A stretch of DNA of 63,170 nucleotides, the filler included, from Octopus bimaculoides (Eukaryota): NCBI RefSeq assembly GCF_001194135.2. It is 6 parts of 6 records of this genome, joined end to end, with 100 filler letters (N's around TTAATTAATTAA, not from the genome) between each part and the next. Parts side by side here need not be neighbours in the genome. Positions count along the whole stretch, not along the records: positions 1 to 8,260 come from NC_068987.1; positions 8,361 to 18,339 come from NC_068982.1; 4 more parts are not named here. One strand, written 5' to 3'. Made by a program: the position numbers and the translations under genes. The notes under the pieces were generated by a model, which had not been told where the DNA came from, did no database searches, and saw only the letters and a program-made list of their open reading frames with translations. This document shows, one piece after another, positions 1 to 11,517 of this stretch (its first letter is position 1; each line of letters opens with the position of its first letter).

Positions 1-71
1 ATATATACATATACATATAGATAGATAGAGAGATACGTAGATGGATAGATAGATAGATATATATTTAGATT

Positions 72-135
<64 letters not shown>
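1..135. repeat. (GATA)n/(TA)n microsatellite
   Basis: Direct reading; long GATA run at about 72-135. Confidence 0.95.
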
Positions 136-399
136 TTAGTTTGTGTATATGTAAATTGTATTAGAGAGTGTTTGAAAGATCTATATTATTGTAAGTTTTC
201 CGGAAACAGGACACACAGAGCTGCTAGTATATGAGAAAGTGGACGATGTATTTACCTCAAGAAATGTTGAGAGAGTGAGAGAGAGAAATAGAGAGAGAAA
301 GAGAGAGAGACAGCGAAAGAGAGAGAGAAAGAGAAGGAGAGAGAGTGTGAGAGAGAGAAAGAGAGAGAGAAAAAGGGAAACAAAGAGAGGGAGAAAGAT

Positions 400-707
400 G
401 TTTCAGCAACTTGAGCTTAAGTGGGCCTTCTGCGACCTGTGGCATATGTCACAAGGTTTGTAATACAATACCCGGACTTAAGAGACATATGCTGGTTCAC
501 AGAGGCGTTTCCTTAGAATCAGATACCAGCGAGCAAGGATCGAGAGGCCTGAGCATTTGTCATCTCTGCTGTAGACCTTGTCGCTCAGCAGCCGGACTTC
601 AAAGTCAGTTGAGGGCTCACCAACGGAGTGATTGTACTGCGTGATGATATGTGTGGATTGTTGATGGGATGGCTATCGTCTGTCAAGATGGAGCAGTCGT
701 CGTCGTC

Positions 708-708
<1 letters not shown>
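400..708 (+). mobile_element. 3' end fragment of an RTE-clade LINE (two C-terminal C2H2-type fingers, short 3' UTR, (GTC)n tail)
   Basis: ORF 411-644 contains CGICHKVCNTIPGLKRHMLVH and CHLCCRPCRSAAGLQSQLRAH, resembling the CxxC...GLxSHxRxH end of RTE ORF2. About 60 bp of UTR follows, ending in GTCGTCGTCGTC before (TA)n. Clade assigned from remembered motifs, not a search. Confidence 0.65.
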
Positions 709-751
<43 letters not shown>

Positions 752-1029
752 AGGCTGGGCAGGGTGTTTGTATGTGCGTTTATATGAATATACGTGTACG
801 TATATAATCTAGATAATATTGTCTGAGAATGTGCTAATATAAACGCAAGGCTTTGAAAGAAAGCAAAGAACCAATTAAGTCTCCAAGCACGTGACACTGA
901 TCGTGCAAATGGTTTACGCTTGTCACATATCTTAAAAATATTAAAATGTAGTAACTCATTTTTCAGTGCATCGTCAACATATTCTGTGGAAATGAAAGAG
1001 CTGATGAAAATATACACATATCAAGTCAT

Positions 1030-1615
1030 CCTACTGAGTTCTGTCCGATTTTACCTTCTTAAAATTGAATGAAATTTAATAGTATTTTAGAATGCTTAAT
1101 GGAATTTTAAAATATGTTTATGCATTTGTGTACATTTACACTAATTAAATATTATTTTGCAGAATAATTAAATTACAATTTCTTTGATTAAAACCCTTTC
1201 TAACATGAAAATATTCAAAGAGTATTTGAGACACATAATGCTTTATTACTATAAAAATAAAAAAAAACGGAAACTCTGCAGCCAAAGCCACTCGAAACAT
1301 ATACTCAGTTTATGGAAAAGAATACTTGAATGAAAGAACTTGCAGAAAATGGTTTACAAAATTCAAAAGTGGCGATTTCAGCCTTCAAGATGAAGATCGA
1401 ACATGACGTCCAGTTGAGTTACATGATAAACGCCCTGAGCATTACTTGAATAAAATCCTGCATTATCAGTTGACGAATTGGCAATGAAGCTTGGTTTAAA
1501 CCATACAACTGTTGATCGTGATCATCAACAAATTGGAAAGTTTGTAAATTGGAAAATGGGTGCTTCAGGAATTGTCCGAAAGCAACCGCAAATCCCAAGT
1601 TGACACGCAAACACA

Positions 1616-1680
<65 letters not shown>

Positions 1681-1850
1681 CATTACTTGTTGTTCTCAGA
1701 GATCGCGAAGAAAGGCAATACGTAAACATATACATTTGCATAGTAAACATGTTTATATTTAAAAATCTTTTTCACTGCCAAAGTAAGTAAACAAAACCCA
1801 AGTGGTGCTTTCTGGCCATCTGAATTACAAGGGGAATCCACTCACCCGAT
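1030..1850 (+). mobile_element. Decayed mariner (Tc1/mariner) transposon, N-terminal transposase half
   Basis: From ATG 1205, with frameshifts: MKIFKEYLRHIMLYYY..GNSAAKATRNIYSVYGKEYLNERTCRKWFTKFKSGDFSLQDED..SVDELAMKLGLNHTTV..GKWVLQELSESNRKSQVD. This is the mariner HTH region plus a WVPHEL-like motif. A (CA)n run is inserted at 1606-1679. The 5' boundary is approximate. Confidence 0.85.
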
Positions 1851-2899
1851 TAACAATAATATTCGCTGCCGAGTAAACTTTAATTTTATTCCTCGGATAC
1901 ACGTGGCAACCAAATCTCTTCTCTTCCATGAATCAGTTTTCTTACATCTAACTGACCCATGCTTGCACTAAATGGCTGATGTGTATTCCCAGTGTTTTAC
2001 ACTCACCTCCGGCCTTTGCTCACAGCTGAGCAACATAGATCTTAGAGCCCTTGCAAACAATTTACAGGAGGTATATATCTTGAGAAGCAGACGACATGCA
2101 GCTGATGTGAATACAACGCAATACTTACTGACGGCTGTCAGTAATTGAAGATGGGTCCGAATAATGCATTGGTATTCTTAAGAAAAAAAAAATTGATTTG
2201 ATGGTAGCATTCAGGTACCTGATGATCTCCTCTTCAATTTTATTTCTTTTACGATGTTACCTTTTATTTTTCACAGAGAATTGAAAAAGATTACTATATT
2301 CTTGGTTTTATACTAGATACCTCAGTAATTCAATGTAATTGACTAACTGAGACTTTCATTGAACGACTTAATGCATCATATGTTGCTGACATGTTATTCT
2401 CATATTATTCCCTTTGCCACGAGCAAAGTTTTACATCAAATCTAACAACTGGTTTGGTGGTCCATAACCTATGTTTCAATAATATACCACCGAATATGAT
2501 TTGATTGGATAACGTAGAATGTGAGGCTAGTTTTGAAACAAGTACCTGTAACATCCCAAACAGCATTTTTTTGGAAAATAAGCTAAGTTTAAGTAAAAGC
2601 GACACGGAATCCAAGGTATTGAGCGTATGAAATGTTATATATTTCGTTAAACAAGTATGCTGACGTGTATTAAAGTATGCCGACATAGATTTTTAAACAC
2701 TTCAAAATGAATGGTTGTTATTTTCCTATTTCGCACAATCGTTATCGTGAAGGGCAAACAGATTTTGCTTTTTATTGTTTCGGGATCGATAAATTAAGGA
2801 CCAGTTGAGTACTAAGACGAAATAATCTACTTTACCTTCCTCTGAAACGTCTGAATATGTGACAAAATTTAAAACGCCAATCGAGAAAATATAAGTCGA

Positions 2900-3090
2900 T
2901 CAGCTGTAGAAACCTTATTGCGCGAGGTAAAATGATTCTCGGCATTTGCTCCATCTTTACAATTTCAGTTCAAATTCCGTCGATGCATCAGGTATCGATA
3001 GAGTAAGTACGGTTCCAGTATTGAGGTCGTTGTATTCAAGTTACCTCCTTTCTCGAAACTGTCCTGGTGCCAATATTCGAAATCAATATT
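2900..3090 (+). mobile_element. Old, degenerate SINE family B copy
   Basis: Aligns by eye to the B unit at 26793-27009 (..ggcatttgctccatctttacaatttcagttcaaattccgtcga..tcgatagagtaagtac..). Confidence 0.5.
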
Positions 3091-3120
3091 CAGAAAAATA
3101 TATTTACTCGTTTACTCTTT

Positions 3121-3338
3121 TTACTATTTTATTTGTTTCAGTCATTTGACTGCGGCCATGCTGGAGCACGCCTTTTGTCGAGCAAATCGACCCCAGGACT
3201 TATTCTTTGGAAGCCTAGTAATTATTCCATCGGTGTCTTTTGCCGAACCGCTAGGTTACGGGGACATAAACAAACCAGCATCGGTTGTCAAACGATGTTG
3301 GTTGGGACAAACTCAGACACACAAGGATATACACACTT

Positions 3339-3424
<86 letters not shown>

Positions 3425-3590
3425 CTACGACGGGCTTCTTTCAGTTTCCACCTACCAAATCCACTTACAAGGCTTTCGTCGGCCCGAGGCTATAGTATAA
3501 GCACTTGCCCAAGGTGCCACGCAGTGGGACTGAACACAGAACCATGTGGTTGCTAAGCAAGCTACTTACCACACAACCACTACCGCGCCT
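3121..3590 (-). mobile_element. SINE family A, near full length (tRNA-like head, internal (TA)n(TG)n microsatellite, LINE-like tail)
   Basis: Minus strand: head GGCGCGGTAGTGGTTGTGTGGTAAG..GGTTCTGTGTTCAGTCCC (A/B-box-like); tail GTGCTCCAGCATGGCCGCAGTCAAATGACTGAAACAAATAAAA. Several other copies occur in the window. Confidence 0.85.
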
Positions 3591-4697
3591 ATAATGCCTC
3601 GTCATCTAATTAGTGACGCCCAAGCGGCTACCCCGGTACTACCTTGTCGTGGTGAGAGAGCGTATGCCCTTTGAGGGATATATAATTTAGGGATTACTTA
3701 TTTTGTAATACAATCCATAAATTCATATATATTATGAGATGCATTAGGAAATTGTTTATATACAAGAACTCTTATAGAACCTGAATTTTTTTTTAACGTT
3801 GCTATAGACATTCTTTAATGCAAGAACTATTCACGTCGATTAAAGAACTAAGAACAATTTGGTTTTGAATAACTCGTCGTTCTAGAGAGGTTTCACATTA
3901 CGTTTCCAATGTTGAATTTCATTATTGAAAACTTTAGAGTGAGATTCAAAACGATTTACAACATATTTCCAACTGAACGAAAGAACCTATATGCTTCTTG
4001 CTGGCTGACAGATGACAGTTGAACCTGATGCTTATTTCTGCTCAATCCCTTGTAATAAATATCAATTTTAGATACATCTTCATAAATATTTTATACTTAT
4101 ATTGGAATTTATTTTTGCCAAAATCGTATGGTTTCTGACCTTATAATTTGGTTCTTCTCATGTCTAGTATTGTTATTTCAGAATGAGATATTTAATATGA
4201 TTCCATACAAAGATGCCATTTTTGTTCAAAAATTTCTATTTTTTATTTTATCTGCGTTAATCACAAATTTCTCGAATGATATTTCCAGAAATATGGTATC
4301 TCTTCAATTGTATTGATTTCAAAACAACTAGAATGTACTAGAGTTAATCACAAGTTAGTGCAGTAGAGAAACTGCAACACTATGATTTCTGTTGACCCCC
4401 GCTTTCTAATAATAAATCCTAATACGTAAATAATTGCGTAAAGATTTAGCCTCGTTATCGTCTTTTTCATTGAGCATCTCGTCACTAACTAACGTTAGAC
4501 TGGAATAGAAACAGAGAACAAAGCAAGTAAATGCCGCGAATTTTTATATTTGCTTTCCTTCGTTCGAACTAAAAATGATATTTCATGTAAGGTGTCTTTT
4601 ACTTTTTTCTATTAAAAAAATTTGTAAGATCTACTCCTTTATAATTCATGCTGAACTAAGGAATTATTTTCAGACAAACATCAATAATTGTTTATTG

Positions 4698-4851
<154 letters not shown>

Positions 4852-5871
4852 ATCCATATATCCTTGCCAAAATGGTTTGTTATGATAAATTGCTATCTGT
4901 GTCTTCGAACTTGTGTACAGTAAATAAACGTTACCTTGGAGATTTTCATCTAAAAGAAACTATCTATTATTAGAATATTCAGTTACTTTTCAGTTGTACA
5001 TCGGATCATACGTTGTTTGCGGCTCCCAGTGGTGTTGTTTTCTATTATTTTCGTTTGTTTAATCACATCTCACGCTATTTTGAATACTGTCAATCTTTGA
5101 CATTGCTCTTGCGTGAAATACGAAATGGAAATATGAAAATTTAACAAATAACTATTTATAAAATAATATTTTGCTATATTTCACTCCATTTTGTTTTCGT
5201 TTCGTTGAAGATATATTTTAAGACAAATTGATACACGTAATGCAATGCCATAGATTGAAGTAAAACAAATGTGTTATGCGTTCACAAGTATTTAATTTTA
5301 CAACCGTTTCTCTTATCTTTGCTTTGTGACACGGCATTTAGCATTTAATATGTGTCATTAAAGAGTTGATGATATACTTACCTGTGCGGTTAAAAATTTA
5401 GTAACATATATGCAAAAATATCTTCTTTAAAAAAGGATACTGCTAATTTATACATTGCTAGCATAAGTGGTAGGATACATTTTACATTTCCTTCTCATAT
5501 GTTTTAAGAAATCAACATACGCATCAGTCTCAAATTTATACTGTAGAAGTAATTACGAAGTCAGAACGTACAAGAAATGTTCATATGGTAAAAGAGTGAA
5601 CTAGCTACAAAGTGTGAAACGCAGAACTATTGAAATGGTGAGTGAATAGTCTATAACGAGGCAAAATGTTGCCAATTAACACTGGAACATGAGAAGTAGA
5701 CATCAAAATACAGAACCTTCGAACCTAATTGGGTTGCCTTTTGTATATGTGAAGTAGTTGATTGTTATGTTTTAGTAGCAGGGAAAAGATAATGGATAGT
5801 TTTCACTGCCATGTAATAGACTCAAGAAATATCTTGTTTCAATACCTGCCTAGTCAACTTTCACACACACA

Positions 5872-5916
<45 letters not shown>

Positions 5917-6437
5917 ACTCGCGCGCGCAAACACACACACACAAACACATACACACGTATAAAAACTTTTCAACTCAAGTAGTAATAGTAGTTTTCAAAA
6001 CACTGTAAGGCAGTAGTCAGAACATTATCTGATTAAGTGAATGTGTTTGTGTGGGTGTATACATACATTCATACATAGACACATTCATACATACGTGCAT
6101 TTGTCCGTTTGTGTGATTCTTTGAGTCAACGGATATGCATAGTATGAAAAGTAACTAATCAGATGTAACATGTTGGTTGAATTCACTACAAGTCAAATGA
6201 TATAGCACACTTTTTCTGTCTTTTTCTTTAGTTCACAATTTATCATTCTTCCAATATTTGCATGCACACATGTACGAGTTAACGTGATTGTATGTTTATA
6301 TACGCTCTGATGATATATATAAACTCATTACATGCAGGGATAAATAGCAATATATGTACAGATATTGGTGTACATATATATATATGTACATATACATATA
6401 TATATCATTGTTATGATCGGCCATTATTATGATTGAC

Positions 6438-6618
6438 CGTTGATTGAACACTATTCAATTTTTTTCTCCGTGTTTTTCTCCTTGTCTCCGTATTCTTTCT
6501 GTTGAAGAACGTAGCTCGAAACGTCAAAGACTTTCCGTATTCCCGAGCGTCATACTAATATATCCTTTTGTTATTTACACCACCTGTCCTCGTCTGTTGT
6601 TATTATTTGTATATTCTC

Positions 6619-6620
<2 letters not shown>
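6438..6620 (+). mobile_element. Family F copy 1: Penelope-like terminal repeat with hammerhead-like motif (6494-6530)
   Basis: TCTTT-CTGTTGA-A-GAAC-GTA-GCTC-GAAA-CGTC-AAAGA; the 3' end TTCTCCC abuts (AT)n. Homologous to 11221-11314 and 13731-13920. Penelope-like assignment is inferred from the motif type. Confidence 0.7.
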
Positions 6621-6651
<31 letters not shown>

Positions 6652-7127
6652 NNNNNNNNNNNNNNNNNNNNNNNNNNNNNNNNNNNNNNTACATATATAT
6701 ATATGATTAAAGGTACTCACAAGTAGTACTGCCTTGCGAAATATAGCAGTTAAAATGACGAAACCACAATTTTTTTTTTATTTAAACACAAAGGTGAAAA
6801 ACGGACCAATGCATAGACATCTCAAAACCTGGTAAAATAACGAAAATAATCGAAACTTGAAAAAGCCAGGGTATATCTGTTTCTTTTAAATTTTCTCTTA
6901 TATTCGGCATTGGTACGGGATTTAAAATTTTTTATTCATTGACCCGCTTATACCTTTGTGATTAAGTGAAAATCTATAGTCTTGTCATTTTGACTCATAT
7001 ATTTAGCATGCCGGTACTACCTCTTTTTACATTAATTATTAATTCATAATATTTTACCGTTATATTTTGTTTTTACGCATGCTAAGCCACTGATATTACT
7101 ATAAATAATAATATCCTTATATATATA

Positions 7128-7330
7128 TACTAGCAGAGGAACACGGCGTTGCCCGGGAATGAAATTGTTGCTTATATACTGGGAGTAAAAAAAGCAAAAT
7201 ATGCTGTATAGAAATCTGAGGACATTCTGTAGATGGACTCTCAGATGAATGATGACTGGGCGCCTCTCATGAATTGGAAAATTGAAGATGCGCCAAAAAG
7301 CCTCATTGGTACTTGGAAACTTTTACGAAA
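7128..7330 (+). mobile_element. Possible Helitron-like non-autonomous element terminus
   Basis: TATACTAGCAGAGGAACACGGCGTTGCCCGGGA resembles the ACTAG..CCCGGCGTTGCCCGGG hairpin terminus of invertebrate Helitron-like repeats. The other end was not identified. Confidence 0.35.
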
Positions 7331-7379
7331 ATTAAAATGGGGATTAAATGCACACACAGATTATCACACATCAGATGAA

Positions 7380-7410
7380 ATGGACGTGCGTGTGTGTGTG
7401 TGTGCTACGA

Positions 7411-7457
<47 letters not shown>

Positions 7458-7931
7458 GAGTGAGAGAGAGGTTTGTTGTCATGTATACGTACATGTATAA
7501 ATAAGCATACATCTTTGTGTGTGTTTGTGTGTGTGTGTGTGTATGAGAGAGAGAGAGTAAATACTACATACATACCGCTCTCTCACTCTGTCTCACACAC
7601 ATACACACGCACATCTACATCCAAAAATGTTGGATGCATATGACAACACACCCCTTAACTCACTCACACTCTGTCTCTTACAAACACACACATACATAAA
7701 TGTATACAAACATATTTACAAATACATATGTGTGTATGCGCGCGTGCGCGTGTGTGCTGTGTGTGTATGAGAGAGAGACACAGACAGACAGACAGAGACA
7801 CAGAGAGAGAGAGGGAAACAGACAGAGCCAGTGAAGGGGTGTGTCGACAATTATACGTACATACATAAATCGTCATACATTTCTTCTACGTATGTGTGAG
7901 TGTGTGTGTGAGAGAGAGAGTCACTGAAACA

Positions 7932-7988
<57 letters not shown>

Positions 7989-8218
7989 GAAAAGATGTAT
8001 GCATATATATTTATGTATGTACGTAGACATCACAACACACCCCTTCATTCACACACATACATTAACACACATGTGCGTGTGTGACTCACTACGAATACAT
8101 AGAGCTGAACACGGCGTGCCAAAAAAGAAAATAATAAATTTATTTACGGAAATTAACGAAGTGTGCGAGTTCGGAACGAAATCAAACCTGGGGTGTGTGA
8201 ATGAGAGAGAGAGAGAGC

Positions 8219-8260
<42 letters not shown>
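7380..8260. repeat. Compound (GA)n/(CA)n/(GT)n region with an interspersed short motif in both orientations
   Basis: Direct reading; the motif ACACACCCCTT(C/A)A recurs (see findings). Confidence 0.85.
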
Positions 8261-8360
8261 NNNNNNNNNNNNNNNNNNNNNNNNNNNNNNNNNNNNNNNN
8301 NNNNTTAATTAATTAANNNNNNNNNNNNNNNNNNNNNNNNNNNNNNNNNNNNNNNNNNNN
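8261..8360. other. Assembly spacer N44-TTAATTAATTAA-N44
   Basis: The identical 100-bp construct also occurs at 18340-18439, 32264-32363, 47429-47528 and 60230-60329. The 12-mer has stops in all six frames. Scaffolding artefact marking unsized joins. Confidence 0.95.
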
Positions 8361-9953
8361 GTGAGTATATGTTAAGTTACTCTCTTTTCTCATTTTCTTT
8401 ATCTTTTTCTCTCTAACCATTCTCTATTTGTCTCTCTCTCTATGTGTGTATGTGTATGATGTGCAAACATTGCCTATCGGTATGTGAATATGGATAAATA
8501 CGTACGTCCATACATACATACATACATACATACATACATACATACATACATACATACATTGCTATTATGTTAAACTGACGCATGTCGAAATTTAGCTAAA
8601 TACGTTGTTTCCAATATTTAATTTTGCTTCCAATAACCGGCCCTTTTGGTCGGACTATTGAACCTCCAGCTGCTTCAGATGATAATTGTCAAAGTGTAGT
8701 ACAACGGTTTAGCATTGTTTTTGCAAAAGATATTTCTGACTGAAAATATCATACATGGAGTTACTATTTTATGCACCCAGCAAAGTATTATAATTATGCT
8801 GAAACTGTTGCTAATGTAAAAAGAAATGGAATGGTGAAACTTTTTTTCGTTTCCTGAAAAAGCAATGCTTTGGACTTACGATACTTTTGCATCTATGGAT
8901 GTGCGTATGTATATCTATATATGTATGTGTGTGTGTGTGTGTGCATATATTTATCTACTACATACGTTGATATCTACGGGTGTGTTTGTTTGTGGCGTTG
9001 TTATCTAACTCCTTCTACATCGTTTTATCGATTTCGATGAAACTTGACAGATGAGTAGTACTTAGACTGTTGAAAAAAAATCGATAATAGGGCCCCTGGA
9101 CGGGATTTTTATATCTACTACATATAACTAATATATTATTTTTAAACATCCAAGGGAAATAACCATTCGCTCCGGAAAGGGATCCTTATATATAGNNNNN
9201 NNNNNNNNNNNNNNNNNNNNNNNNNNNNNNNNNNNNNNNNNNNNNNNNNNNNNNNNNNNNNNNNNNNNNNNNNNNNNNNNNNNNNNNNNNNNNNNNNNNN
9301 NNNNNNNNNNNNNNNNNNNNNNNNNNNNNNNNNNNNNNNNNNNNNNNNNNNNNNNNNNNNNNNNNNNNNNNNNNNNNNNNNNNNNNNNNNNNNNNNNNNN
9401 NNNNNNNNNNNNNNNNNNNNNNNNNNNNNNNNNNNNNNNNNNNNNNNNNNNNNNNNNNNNNNNNNNNNNNNNNNNNNNNNNNNNNNNNNNNNNNNNNNNN
9501 NNNNNNNNNNNNNNNNNNNNNNNNNNNNNNNNNNNNNNNNNNNNNNNNNNNNNNNNNNNNNNNNNNNNNNNNNNNNNNNNNNNNNNNNNNNNNNNNNNNN
9601 NNNNNNNNNNNNNNNNNNNNNNNNNNNNNNNNNNNNNNNNNNNNNNNNNNNNNNNNNNNNNNNNNNNNNNNNNNNNNNNNNNNNNNNNNNNNNNNNNNNN
9701 NNNNNNNNNNNNNNNNNNNNNNNNNNNNNNNNNNNNNNNNNNNNNNNNNNNNNNNNNNNNNNNNNNNNNNNNNNNNNNNNNNNNNNNNNNNNNNNNNNNN
9801 NNNNNNNNNNNNNNNNNNNNNNNNNNNNNNNNNNNNNNNNNNNNNNNNNNNNNNNNNNNNNNNNNNNNNNNNNNNNNNNNNNNNNNNNNNNNNNNNNNNN
9901 NNNNNNNNNNNNNNNNNNNNNNNNNNNNNNNNNNNNNNNNNNNNNNNNNNNNN

Positions 9954-9996
<43 letters not shown>

Positions 9997-11220
9997 TTTG
10001 TTGATATTGGCTCAAAAGTTTCGGTCTGTTAAGCCATCGTCATACTACAGTCCGGTGATGGCATAGCTAGACGAAACTGCGAAGCAACTATAATCAATAT
10101 TCTTATTTAAGAATAATAAATTTTTGCTCCACAAAAGTATAGAGTAACTCCTCAAATTAATGTAAAGTTGTTTTTATTATAAATGAACACGGAAACAAAC
10201 ATTAATATATATTAGGAGTGGGTGTGTGGTACGAATCTTGCTTCCGTGAACAGAAGTGGTTGTGAGCCAGCTGTGCTCCGTCCAATTAATGAAAACAAAG
10301 AACACACATACGTACAATATCTTGACTTCAAACTTCTAAGAGAAGTCTCTTGCAAATTTCATACACAGAATCGAATGTGTTGGTACATTGCATTAAGAAA
10401 TTTGGAAGTTGAAACTTAATTCTATTCAATTATATANNNNNNNNNNATCGATTTAAATGAGAGCTCAAAACTGATCCATTGAAAATGCTTTATTATGATA
10501 ATGATAATGACCTATGGTCATTTCGATGCGATATCCAGATTGATTCATGGATATTATAAAATATGGGATACTGCATCTCCTCAGGGCCTTATTAGTAGCA
10601 GGCAGGCAATAAAAATAGATAACATTCATATACAACATTCATAGTTGACTTATGAAAAGATGCAAAACAAAAAAGAAGTTGAAAAGACATGAGATGTAAT
10701 ACAACCGAACATCATAACGTTGTTGAAACCATGAACATATCAATCAAATGATTCAAACTTACGATGTTAAACTATGAAGTTCGGTAATGAAACAATACGG
10801 AACGCTGTACATTTCCAAAAGGACCGTTGGAGTTATAAACATAAATACAGAATTCAGACCGTAAAAAAAAACAAAAACAGTTAGATATTAAAAAATACAT
10901 TTTTAATACAACTTCCTGGTCAAATAGAAGTATATCTAATAAGTAATGCTTATATATAATATACTCAATAAACAACCTAAGTATACATAATCTAAAAAAG
11001 CCTTATATTAATTTAGTATTTATAAGTAAAAAGCCTTATATGGTTATTCAAACCTGCTAGATTATAGAAAATAAATTATAAAATATAAGAAAAAATATAT
11101 AAGAAAAATAAAAAAAATGAGCAAAAATAAATATATACATATATATACACACACATATATATACACATACACATACATACATACATATATATTCCCATAT
11201 ATACATATATATATATATTT

Positions 11221-11314
11221 AAAGACTTTCTCTATTCCCGAGCGTTAAATTAATACATCCTTTTGTTGTTTACACCACCTGTCCTCGTCTGTTGTTTTTT
11301 TCGTAAATTCTCCC
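11221..11314 (+). mobile_element. Family F copy 2, 5'-truncated at the predicted hammerhead cleavage site
   Basis: Begins AAAGACTTTCTCTATTCCCGAGCG directly after (TA)nTT and ends TTCTCCC(AT)n like copies 1 and 3. Confidence 0.75.
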
Positions 11315-11517
11315 ATATATATATATATATATATATATACATAAACACATACATACATATGCACACACATATGCATATATATATACACACATACCTAAAT
11401 AAAAGCCAGATGCCCATATACATATACACAGCTACATACACATAGAAATACATATATAAATATAAATATATGCACAAAAAAACCTATATAGATACATCAC
11501 TACATATATAAACATAT

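Noticed and set aside
2208-2696. Plus frame interrupted only by TGA for about 160 codons, including I*LDNVEC (SRCR-like IWLDNVEC if TGA were read or edited as Trp)
   Set aside because: A rough estimate puts one such TAA/TAG-free run near chance expectation for this much AT-rich sequence. The rest of an SRCR cysteine pattern is missing. BLASTX plus RNA reads showing TGA>TGG would be needed.
8261-8360. TTAATTAATTAA islands inside N runs (five occurrences)
   Set aside because: Identical 44+12+44 construct; assembly spacer, not biology.
8600-8855. Protein-like frame with one internal TGA (..DISD*KYHTWSYYFMHPAKYYNYAETV..)
   Set aside because: No recognisable family, no convincing splice sites, length within chance.
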